A stretch of DNA of 64,000 nucleotides from Paecilomyces variotii (Eukaryota). The notes under the pieces were generated by a model. The model was not told the origin of the DNA and did no database searches. It saw only the letters and a list, made by a program, of their open reading frames with translations. Below, piece after piece: positions 24,332 through 36,125 of this stretch; the stretch's first letter is position 1, and the number at the start of each line of letters is the position of its first letter. The stretch lies in NCBI GenBank assembly GCA_004022145.1, contig RCNU01000002.1. One strand, given 5' to 3'. The position numbers were made by a program, and so were the translations under genes.

Positions 24332-27310
24332 ATGCGCTCCAGCATCGCCTGCTCCCGCTGCCGGCGGAGCAAGATCAAGTGTGTCAATGCCGGCATCGAC
24401 ACTACCTGTCGCGCCTGCGAATCCTCCGGGAGGGACTGTGTCTATCCGACCCCGGCCATCGGAGTGGGCGGAGGTGCCGCCAAACGAGATATTGGAGCGA
24501 CCATCGACGGTGATGATCGGAATGGCGAATGGGACAGTCCCAAGCGCCAGCGCTCGCGCAAGGCCGTGGGAGGATCGAGCGTCGGCGCAAAAGATGCTGC
24601 CCGAGCCAATGGGGATGTGCTGGAATCCTCGATTCTGACCGTGAAGACGTGGGAGACCTTGTTTGAGCTGTTCCAGGCGCATTTCTCCACCGTCCTGCCT
24701 TTCCTCCACCCGACCACCTTTCTCAACCAGATCCGCCAGCTATCCGCCTCCCAAGGGGATGCGCAGTCCACGAGGGATCTGTCCCAGAGTCCGGCGCCCA
24801 AGCCGGAACCGTCGCCATTGATCCTCCTGGGCGTCTTGGCCCTCACCGCGCGCTTTCACCCGCAACTCGTCGCCTACCACTCTCCAGCATCTGCGGGCAA
24901 CCCGTCCAATCCGCTGGCGGCGTCTGAGTTCTACGCAACGGCGCTGCGCAACAAAATTGCTGGCGTCGACGGCCTGGGCCTCACCATCCCGGACCTCACC
25001 CGGATCCAAGCACTCCTGATGCTGGCCCTGCATGAATGGGGCATGTGCCGCGGCAAGAGTGCCTGGGTGTACGTGGGGGTTGCCATCCGGCTGGGGCAAG
25101 CCATGGGACTGTCCTTCGAGCTCGAGAACGACCTGACGCGAGATCCAAACCGATCACCCGTTTTCAAGGCGGAGGCGGATCATTTCGGCGTCGCCAAGAG
25201 AGAGGAGCAGAAGGAGCAGAATTCGGATGATGTGATTGCCCTGGAGACGAAGCGGAGGACCTTCTGGGCGTGTTTCATTATGGACCGCTGCCTGAGCAGC
25301 GGCAAGTATCGACCACAGATGATCAACGTCTACGATCTGGACATCCAGCTGCCCAGTGATAATGCCTTTGCGTTTGGTGAACGGGTGCGGACATCGCGAT
25401 TGAATGACGGCACTTCTCGCCGGCCCCCCAGCTTCGATGCCCAGAACGTCCAGATCCCGAGTCTCCGTCAGAGCATTGGGTATGGAGACGAGAAGCTGCG
25501 GAACGGCTCCATGGATTCCAAATCGTGGTCCTCGGGACGTCAGCGCAGTGAATCTGGTGATCACGAAATCGATCGATGGGAAGTAGGCGCGGAGGAATCC
25601 GTCTTGAGCAGAGTGATCCGGATCATCAGAATCTGGGGCAGTATCGCCAAGTGGGCCTGTGCTGGTGGAAGAAGGTCCGCTCATCCATTGTACATTGCGT
25701 CCCTTTTACAATTGTTCTAGCGTTGCTGACCAGGTCCCAGGAACGAGAACTATCCACCATGGCATCCGGAATCCCGCTTCATCCAACTGCGAAGCATGCT
25801 AGCGGAGTTTCAAGATGTGCTACCCCGCAATATTCAGTATTCTCCCCGGAATACGGACACTCATATTATGTACAAGCATACACTGGCACCATACACCGTG
25901 ATGCACGTAGTGTACTTCCTGTCAGTCATTGTGCTACACCGCGCCTACATGCCCTTTCTGCCTATCCGATGCGGTGAACCGCTCGGTCCGCTGGATGAAC
26001 CGACCTTGCCTGTCGACAAGTACCACCCTCCGGACGGTTTCTGGAGAGAGAGCGCCCGCGAGTTGTTCAAGGCAGCCCGCCAGATGATGGACCTAGTCGT
26101 CACCTGCCAGGAACGTGGAGTGCTCGTGGAGACCCCGCTTGTCGGATTCGCGATCTACAACGCGGCCTTTATCGGAGTCTACGCCGCCCATTTCAGCCAT
26201 ATGGATCAGGAAGGCTACATGTGTTCCAAGTCGGCCGCGTCCGACACGGTCGCCGTTGGAAGTCCCGGCCAGCTTCAAGCTCGCAGGGGACTCGAGATCC
26301 TGCGTGAAATGCGGCCGCGGCTCAAGATGGCTGCAGGATGGTTCAGAACGATCAATCGCCTCCACACCTACTTCTCCAGGGTCAAGAAGGATTTCAGGAG
26401 AAACTCGCGAAAGTCGGACCTGATGACCGGCCACGAGACCGCCGAGGCTCATACAAACGGCGTCCGTCCAATCCGTGAGGGTGGGACAGGAGGAGGCCTG
26501 GACGAATTCAAGCTGCTGGAGAAACTCTTCCTCGATTTTGGCATCTTGGAGGACCAGCTGCCCGAGAACGACCAGGATGGTGGTCTTCCTCTCTTGCCTG
26601 CTGCTGGTGAGCGTGGTGTTACTGCGAGCGATGCCGGAAGTAATGCCGTCAAGAGTGAAGCTGGTGACGGCTCCGAATCTCAACTCGATGGCGCTGGGGG
26701 CAGACGAGAGTCCTGGATCCCGATCAACAACAACAGCCCTGTGCATGGAATGCCGGACGGCGAGCGTCAATTCGAACGTCGTCCCAGCCTGCCTATGCCT
26801 CCCGGTCGACAACTGCCGGCTCAGTCGCCATATTCCCTTCCCTCCCTGCAGCACCACCCTCACGGCCCGATCGCCGCCACTACTTCGCCCAGTCTCCCAT
26901 CTCTCACTTCCCCGAATGCATATGCCTCGCCTCCAACGAACCAGCCTCAGTCGCAGTATCTCCCCCCTACGAACCGTCTGCAACCTCTCAACTCGTGGGT
27001 TACGGCGCGTCAGCAGCCACCGCCGCCGCCTCCATACTCTCAATCGCTTCCCCCGATCAGTGCTGCCGCTCAGCACGGGTATAACATGCTGCCGCCTCCC
27101 GGCACCACTACTACTGCTAGCTACGCGGTCACGCTGCCTGTCGCGCCCTACGAGGGATCTGATCCGTCTGTGTGGTCGACCAGCTTTGGTGGCGACGACG
27201 TCATCGCGTTTGTGGACGGCTGCAGCCACGAGCTGTGGCCGTCGACCTCGAATCTAGAGGTTGGTAGCCCAACCGGCTGGCTGAGCGCCCTTTGGACCGA
27301 TCTCCGATAA
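24332..27310 (+). CDS. Zn(II)2Cys6 transcription factor with fungal-specific TF domain
   Basis: MRSSIA then CX2CX6CX8CX2CX6C; LPFLHPTTF; AIRLGQAMGL; ETKRRTFWACFIMDR; one intron 25675-25740; Pro/Ser-rich C-terminus. Confidence 0.9.
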
Positions 27311-29010
27311 ACTGTGCGGCTGTCATTCCATCACAGCATTTCATTTCTTTTTTCGATTTTTTTTTATCTCTTCTGGCTGTATTATTATCGTGTCATCACG
27401 TCCTGTACTGTACTGCGCCGGCAATTCACCCAGCTGGCTACGATACAAAAAGGGAAATATGGTGTCATAAGGGGGTCGGGATTTGGGTAAGGCATAGGAA
27501 AAAAAAAGCGTGGTAATTCAGGGGTCGACACTCCTGCAGGTGTTATTGGGTGACTCGATCTTTATGGTGTTTCTTTTTCCTTTTCTCTTATCTGCCACTA
27601 GCACTGTTCCATCTTGAACCTACGGGTATTTGTTTGTTTGTTTGCGTCATGTTCTGTTCACGAGAGGTGGGATTATTGCCCTCGTTTTGACAGATCTGTT
27701 ATTCTTCCTTATGTTTCTGGACCAGACTCGTGATCTCTTCCACGACGAGATGCCCCCTGTTCGTTACTTGTTGTCATTGCACGCCCCCTACTAGCAGTTT
27801 AGGGATATGAAACTGTATGAGGTCTATTCCCAGCGCGCTGTGCGTGTGAATTTACCTGCTCCAATAACCGCAGTCTCTTTTGAGTTTCTCATCCATAGTC
27901 CCTACGGAGTTAAGTGGCAGTCGATCGGTCGATCAGCCCGTCGAGTCGTCTGGCTCTCGGTCTCTGCAATATCCGTCCGGATCAAAGGCACCCCAACTCT
28001 CAACGGGTACGATACGGAACTAATCGGGAAACATTGCCTCGGCCGCCCCAAAAAACGTCACCGAGAAAAGGCCCCCAAGTTCGAACCCCCAGAAGATCAT
28101 GCGGGGAAAAGCAAGACTCCGTTGATTGACCGACATACCTCCGAAAGTCTAGATGTGTAGGTTAGTTACTCTGCTCATCTTTCAGGTCGGCAATTGAATT
28201 GAAATTTCGGAAATCCTCCTTTTTCATAGAGTCAATCATACAGTAAGACATACTACAATAAGATTATACTTCATACTGTACTAACTAATTAATCACTTTA
28301 CTTTACTTTCCCCCACGCTCTTTTTCATTATGGTTGTGTACCCCCACGTCTTGTTTGTTTTTTTCTTTTTCTTTTTTTCCCCTTCTTTCGGTGTGGATGA
28401 CTAGATACTTAGTAGATCTCGCAAATTTCTTTTTCCCGAGCCCACACCCACAGAGACCGAAAGGTACCGATCCCGATTTACCCGTACCGGTCAGCCGCCG
28501 GCGTACCGGGCTACCGGGAAGTAAAAATCGATCAATCGATGGGTGAGAGAAAAGCCGAGAGAGAAATAATAACTTGCTAGTTAGTTAACAATTCAGTTAA
28601 CTAATCAATGATGGAGTTGCCCTCTACAAAAGAATAATAATAATACGGAGTACTTGTCATGGCATTATTCACTTAATTCGCATGCGCAGAGAAGAGAAGA
28701 GAAGAGAAGGGTAATTAACTACTCTACTCTACTCTATGTACTCTGTAGTTATTTATACCGACTCTTGATAGTTAGTTATGTAGTTACTGGCTTTAAATCC
28801 ATGATTTATCGAGCCAGCACCGCTTGCAGGGACGGACTATGTATGTACTCGAACTCAAGGCAAGGCGTAACTATGGGACAATCACCAGTAGTTAACTACG
28901 TACTTGGTAGGGGCGAGACGCTGGTTCTCACTATTCATTCCCTGTGACAGAGCTGATAGATGGTGTTGCTGCGCGGCAATTCAATTAGCATTTTTTTATG
29001 GCCTCCTAGA

Positions 29011-29012
<2 letters not shown>

Positions 29013-29052
<40 letters not shown>
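29013..29052. repeat. Poly(T)40 tract
   Basis: Read directly. Confidence 0.95.
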
Positions 29053-29802
29053 CAGGGAAAAGAAAGGCAAAGCGAAAATATCTACGATACGATACGACTC
29101 AAATTATTCAGAAGGCCCGCGGTGCCTAGGCAGGCTTTGGAATGGGAGGTCAGGTTAGGACAGGTCAGGTCAGGGCCTAGAAGTACAGAGTATTTATATG
29201 GAACTGACCGTGTTCGAAGTTAGTTAAATGATGTATGTATAATGAAAAGAACAGCTGATCGGAGTACTTACTCGCCCTGATGTCTGTGTGTAAGTGTTGA
29301 GTATTTCTGTCAGTTCATAGCAACTGTGGCTTAAAACATCTTCCAAGGCAAGCAGATGGATGGTTCAGGGCTGCCGGGAAAACTCGTCTCTGAAGCAAGA
29401 GCTGGAAAGTTTTGAGCGCTCGCGTATTTCCCTGCCCGAATCGAGTCATTCGTTGAGGTTCAACAATGGAGGCAGTAGTGGCACTATGGCTGCCTATTGA
29501 CGGGCCGTAGATAGCCACGTGCTCGCTTTCCGCCCCCCAGATATAGCGAGGTCATGACAGGAACAAGAAAGATGGCTTACACTATAGTTTTAATTAGGTT
29601 CGTGTCCGCGAGATTAGATAGTACGCATGGGGAGGCATGGTGAAAATGTCCATCGAACGCGGGAGGACGTACATACCTACCTACCCTCCCCATGGGTATA
29701 AGATGTGGTACATACTTCCCTGAGATCGATTAAACGGTGCTTGTCCGTGCTTGTGGCGGAAGTGCGGAATCATCTCGTTATATTGCAGCATCTATTGACA
29801 CG

Positions 29803-31475
29803 ATGCCTTCGTTTATCTCCTACCTGCCTCTGTTCGCCGCAGCAGCTGGCAGCGTGGCCGCCGCGCCAGCAGTAAACACCACTATTTGCAATGGCCACAC
29901 GTATATTTATGAAGAATTGGCCGGCTACGGCTTTCTGGCGAGTGACAAGCGCGATCGATACGGAGACAGCATGAGCCTGGGGTCGTCCATTGCGCTAGAT
30001 CGCAAAACCTGGTCACGAAGGGGAAACGTATACGAGGGAATACTCTATGGTCTGCCGGGTAATGACCATTCCAGCACACTCTCATCATCATGGTGGGTTG
30101 TCAGAAATTGCTAATGCATCGATACAGACCGTGGCTGGAATACAAATGGCACCCTTAGTTTCGCAGGGCGGATTTACAAGCTCCATCTGACGCTGTCATT
30201 GAACGAGAGCGCTACGGTCCAGCATCCGTCAGGGCCCAACCTGAAGATTGAGTACTTGGACAGCATCATCCTGCGCGATCCCCTGGGTCATTTCACCACT
30301 GGCCTCGATGCCAATGCCCACGGACCGTATCTGAGATATCCAGAGTTCCCCGAGGTGCCATCTGCTCGATACAGCGGCGACGGCTTTGGCGGTGCCGGTC
30401 CAGGAGGCTTCCAGCTATCGTTGGATTCTGAAGGTCTGGCCTTGGGTGCCAATGGCACCTTCTGGATCAGTGATGAATACGGACCCTATGTCTACCAGTT
30501 CTCCGCGGAAGGCCATCTGCTGCAGGCGGTTAGTCCTCCGGATGCCTTTATTCCCGTGCGAAACAACTCCGTCAGCTTCAGCGCGGATTCCCCTCCGATA
30601 TACAACCCCAGTTTGGAAGTCATCCCATCCGATAACCCTACGGGACGAGACAATAACCAGGGTTTCGAGGGTCTCACCCTCTCTCCCGATGGAAAGAAGC
30701 TGTTCGCCCTGATGCAATCTGCATTGAACCAGGACGGTGGAGAGAAGAAGAAAACGAGAAGATACGCTCGATTAGCTGTATACGATCTGACTGGATCGAA
30801 ACCCCTTTACAGCGCTGAGTATGTGGTTCCTCTGCCATTCTACAATAACGGCACAAAGGTCGCAGCGCAGTCTGAAATCCACTACATCTCCGATACCCAA
30901 TTCCTAATTCTTGCGCGCGACTCCAATTCCGGCCATGGTCAGAGCTCCTCTGAGAGCGTCTATCGACACGTCGATGTCTTCGATATCTCGAATGCAACCA
31001 ATATCAAATCGGCAGCAAATGACGGTTTCAACAGCACGATCGCTCCATCTGGTACTCTTACACGGGGGATCATACCAGCGCAATACTGCTCCTGGCTTGA
31101 TTTCAACGTCAACAGCCAATTGAATCGCTTCGGGGTGCACAATGGAGGAGCTCAGGATTCGCATCTCCTGAACGAGAAGTGGGAGAGTCTCGCATTACTC
31201 CCGGTAGATCTGGATGGTGAAAATGAGGAGAATGAGTATTTTCTCTTCTCGTTCAGTGATAATGATTTCGTCACGCAGAATGGTGAGGATCTCCTGTTTC
31301 GAATTTTTTATTATCAGCATATGGTTTTATGTGTGTACGTCTACTAACCTACCGTTTCATAGGATACATGAATTTCGGTCGCTTCCAGTATGCTGATGCG
31401 AGTGGCTACAACCTCGACAATCAGGCCTTGGTGTTCAAAGTCAAGTTGCCTAAGGGCTCTAATCCGCTTGTGTAA
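29803..31475 (+). CDS. Secreted esterase-like/phytase-like domain protein
   Basis: Signal peptide MPSFISYLPLFAAAAGSVAA; LPDRGWN, LDSEGL, FWISDEYGP, NNQGFEGL, EKWESL, SDNDF; introns ~30059-30128 and ~31283-31362; many N-X-S/T sequons. Confidence 0.8.
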
Positions 31476-32512
31476 GGAGATGGTGGGATTAGAATCATCG
31501 GTACCCCTATTAGTTCCACAGTACTCTGTATCTCACTGGTAGTATATACATACTTCTGTGGCTAATTATAAATATAGCCGTACTCAGGTTTTATGACCAC
31601 GCTTGGTGAATTTATCCTACTCTTTGGCACGATCTAGGACCGGATAGAGGGACAATCCACATGATGCATGATTGATACCCAGAATCATCTAGCGAAGATA
31701 AAACAATCTAGTTCCCATGATCAACCACCACCTATCATAAACAGTGACCACAGCTAGAATAAAGAATACTCGAAACGTCACACTTCCATGAAGTTCAGAA
31801 TACCCTACTTAAACTTCAAAATAGTAGTCCCCAATGCTATCTCGTCAAGGCCACGCCATCTCCCCCAAGAAGAACTAACATATGACCCCCACGGCCGTCC
31901 ACAGCAATAATACAACTCCTCATCCTCGCACCACGCTCCTTGATCCATTCCTCATCGAGCTCCGTGCGAGGAGCATGAACACCGATATGCAGTCTCTGAA
32001 TACCTACAGGGAGCGGTGAACCGACAAGAAATTCTGCTCCATGCCAAGTTCCAGGGACTCTGCGCCTAGAATGACTGAATAGCTTTTGATATACTCGTCA
32101 TGTTGCCCTTGAGGAACGATAGCCTCAACAGCTGCTGTACATACTCGTCTAGCCGCTGCTCTCATACTTGACAATAGATACTTCAGGAACTTGTTATCTA
32201 GGGAACTTCGACTGGATTTTGTCCGACTAGGAAATGTGGTACTAGGGTGTCCCTCAGGCACGTATCGACCACTTATCGCAGCTGAAATATGAACTAATGG
32301 TCTTTCCAATTTCGAAACTATCTCATCGAGTTCTCTGAGTCGGTCATTTCCCAAATTACAATTTACACAATACATATTCCCAATTACATATCCATGCCTA
32401 AACCCACTTATACTCCAAGAACAACCAACACAACAGAACCTTGCATATCTTACCTCATCGAATACATAAAAAGAGGCAACAAACAAGAACGCAAGAGAAA
32501 TACAGCAATACC

Positions 32513-32514
<2 letters not shown>

Positions 32515-32543
<29 letters not shown>
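32515..32543. repeat. Poly(C)29 tract (poly-G on the minus-strand transcript)
   Basis: Read directly; 8 nt beyond the stop codon of the minus-strand gene. Confidence 0.9.
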
Positions 32544-32544
<1 letters not shown>

Positions 32545-32551
32545 TCCCCCA

Positions 32552-33257
32552 TTAATAAACAGACCCAGCCCTTCTCTCATTATTCTTCTCATCAAAACAA
32601 ATACACATAGCAGCAATAAGAGCCATATCAACACCCGGCGCCACAACTACCCCATACGTCTGCTTGCTGAAAAGTAACTCGCGGCCACGGAAAATCTTCC
32701 GATTAATGCGTGCTACCACGGCACCGGTATGATCATCGATAATATCAACTATATTATCCATCCAGTTTCCCTTCATCTTTAAATTCACTATTGTGCCGGT
32801 TTGAGGGGATGTGAAAGTCGCAGTGGCTTTGGAGCCGATTACTGGATGTAATATTAATTAATTAGTTTATGTGTTTCTAGAATTCTGTGCGTTGCAAAAA
32901 AGGGGAAGAAGAAAAAAAAAAAAATGGAAACATACGCGTAATACTATTCCTGACTTGTAGAATTCTATTCCCGACCGAATCATGCGCAGCGAAAGTTGTA
33001 TGGATATGAAAATGCTCCTTGACGATATCAAACAAGTGATTGCCTGCCATATCGTAGATCGATTTACGGCCCGAGATCGTCATGACTTTTCCTTGGACTT
33101 TTAGTATCGGCTGGCCGTTGGCAAGCTTCACGTCGAAACTATCCCCTGATAATGATAGGATCTTCTCCTTGAGTATCATTGTCTCGGTCTGTCGAGCAAT
33201 GAACTGGTCGAAAATAGCGACTGGTTGAGTGACGGGAGGGAGCTCTGATGGATTCAT
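32552..33257 (-). CDS. LURP-one-related / tubby C-terminal-like (DUF567) protein
   Basis: LKEKILSLSGDSFDV, KVQGKVMTISGRK, MKGNW, VARINRK, TYGVVVAPGVDMALIAAMCICFDE; one intron ~32843-32935. Confidence 0.85.
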
Positions 33258-34377
33258 TGTGAATTGGAAGTCTTCTGGTAGTTGTGAATTCGCTTGGTGA
33301 GAGAAAAGATGAAGTTTTGGAAGTATGGATAGACTTTAGAGGCGGGATGAATGATAGAGAAAGTAAATAGACCTCATCTTCTTTAACCTCATTGTTGTAC
33401 TACATATAGAGTGATATAAACACTACAGCCATAGTGCGATTTCTAAATAAAGTAAACCCAGTAATCGCACAGACCTCCGCCAAGATGCCAGTGCTTACAT
33501 GGAGATCAGACGACTTTTCGGTGAACGCTGAGGGGTTGACTCGTCGATCTGGTTGAAGCTACTAGTACATAGTTAGATGTTGTAGCCTGGCTGTGCCGCT
33601 GTGCTGTCAGCCTCAAGCTGGGCGGTGTAGCTGAGAATGAGATCCTCTGCGGTCCCCATACAGATATCTACACTTCTCATTACAGGGAACTACCTAATTA
33701 GTTTCTTTAATAACACAGAGCTGGATCTGTGCATGGCAAGAGAAATAGATGCTGCTACTATTGTCACTGAATGTAATCCTTTGCTATACATCAATTGTGG
33801 TTCTGAAGAGAAATACACTTCGTGTGCAACTATACACCAATAAAATGTGCAAGCACAAGAGATATTCCACATGATGCACTGAGACACTTCCAGATGTGCT
33901 CCATTAGAGTGCAGTCGTCTCGTAGGAAATAGAATATGTATGAAAAGCTCTGCTGTTACCTGGAAAGAAAACGGAGAGAACTTTAGTGCCACGCAGTGGG
34001 GTATAAAGTGAATATCAAAAATAACAAAGTTGTCCCGCAGAGCCATTAAGAGGTTGCCGATCCTGCCTCGAGATGCTGGGGAGAGATAGTCGGGCTGAAT
34101 TTCTCTGTGAGGCTGCCGTGATCCTCGGGAATTCTAGCAGGCTGCAGCTGCTGAAAAAAATAATAGCAGTCGAAGAATGAACAAAGGTATTTGTCACGAA
34201 ATAAACGGACGGTAATAGGAGTCCGAGACCAGGCTGAGTTGTGCCGTTGTCAAAACTCGGAAAGCAGGAAACCTCTTCCTAACGCCGAACAAAATAGATA
34301 TGAAGAAAGAAGCTGTCGTCAAGGCATGATACCGCATGAGAAAAATGTATCTAAACTGGGATGCATCTAAGGTGTCG

Positions 34378-36125
34378 TTAGACTTCCCCCTCAGCTGCTA
34401 TATCCCGCTCAATAGTTTTCTGCCAGTGTTGCGGAAGACAGACGCAGACAAGCGGGAATGCTTTTATTTCTCCTGTTGGTTGAGGAGACGATGTTCGGTT
34501 TTCTGACCCGTTTGACACGCCACTGTCACGCTGGACCCTGTGCTTCCCATCAAAATCCTCTGCTCGTTCATTGACACGGATACCGGTGGCCCAGCCGTCG
34601 TCCCAGATACCCACAACCTTCAGGACTTCACCTCTTTCCAGTTCAAATTCGTCAGCAGCACGTGGTTGGTATGCCCATAGAACAGCGACCTTGTCTCCCG
34701 GATGAACATCGTCCTGGGAGTAGTAATCTCTGAAATAGGGTAGCTGCTCGGACTGACCGCTCGCAACACCCTCCGGGGAAGAATATTGCGCACCAGTGCC
34801 GGAACGTGGAGACTGATCGCTATCTCCAGCAAGTATCGAGGTACTGGAGAGCGAACCTTTGCGTCTGTTCGTGACAGGAGGGCCTCTTCTGGAGCCTATG
34901 CTGGGACTAGCACCAAATGTCTCCGAGTCCGATGAATCACTGTACTTGCCAGGGATTGCCCTGGTACCGCTGGCTCGGGTCCGTGACGGAGAACGCGAGT
35001 CGACTTGCAAAGCAGACATGCGTGCTACACGCCCACCCGCCAGGGCGCCGTAACCCTGTGGATCAGTGCTTGTTCGTGAATATTGCATCTGAGACAGTCC
35101 TTTTCTTTGTGGGGTGGGTTGATTCAAGATATTGGCAGCTTTCTGGTTCCGTCTGCGGCGCATGCAGATGCAGAGAAGTGCGAGCAGGGCAGCCAACAGG
35201 GCAAATCCTGCCACAGATCCAATGACAATGCCCGCAATTGCGCCACCAGAGAGGCCATTATTATGCTTGGCAGAGGAAGGAAGAGAAGTAGATGTCGAAC
35301 TTGGAAATAACGGGGGTAACGTAGAAGGCGTCGGTAGGTGGACATTTGCGCAACGCCCCGTCGCATTTGAATTAATACAGCACGAGTCGGTAGAATTCGG
35401 AGAACTCGATGCGCAGTAGCTGCAGAGACCGACGGTATTCGTTCCATATCCACAGTTGTCCGGCTCGTTTTGTGCCCCCGAAATGCATGTTCCTGTCAGG
35501 GAATCCGCTGGTAACGCGCACACGGTAAAATCGGCCCTTATCTGGCTCATAAAATCCGCCTTTGGTTTCCCGCATAAACTTGGGTCAACTGCGATTTCTT
35601 CCTCACTTGTAGCTACCAGCGCCTGGTGTACGTTAGCATATGCCCAACATCTGGAAAGCGGGTGGGCCCACGGACACAAGTCTCTGCACACAAGGGTTGG
35701 GATTCAGCGGCATCCAGGCTGCAAGGCTGCTTCGAATTCTGTATAATTCCATTGCAAATCATGCTAGTGGTGTATCGGGCATAGTAATCGGTGGTGTTGC
35801 TGAGATCGACATTGGAACAACCTAGCAATTGCTGATATCTAGCGACAGTTAGTTCCGCAATACAGTCGCTTAGTGTTATGGCAGGGCATACTTCTCCTTG
35901 ACATAGCCGGCTTTAACATAGTTGCTCAATTGCTCGTCGAAATCATTGAGATTAGAGACATATGCCAAGAAAGGACTGTCAGGTTTGTCAACATGGTTGC
36001 CACATATTAGATTTGAGATCCTCGACATACTATAAGGCGACCAGGCTTGAATCGGTCGATATCGACGAGGCGTTGAACGCTGGGCAAGTGGTAGAGCCTG
36101 ACAATGATATGCAGGAACCGCCCAT
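34378..36125 (-). CDS. Single-pass membrane protein: Cys-rich N-terminal domain, TM helix, C-terminal SH3 domain
   Basis: Starts MGGSCISLSGSTTCPAFNASS; about three introns in the 5' part; TM GLSGGAIAGIVIGSVAGFALLAALLALLCI followed by RRRR; SH3 AYQPRAADEFEL...WDDGWATG...AFPLVCV. Confidence 0.82.

Noticed and set aside
26093-27229. 378-aa antisense ORF, and similar antisense ORFs over ESF1, LST4-like, VCX1 and MFS genes
   Set aside because: Shadow frames of GC-rich coding sequence with no recognisable motifs.
32004-32552. 182-aa ORF beginning with poly-Gly
   Set aside because: The N-terminus is just the translated G homopolymer in a 3'UTR.
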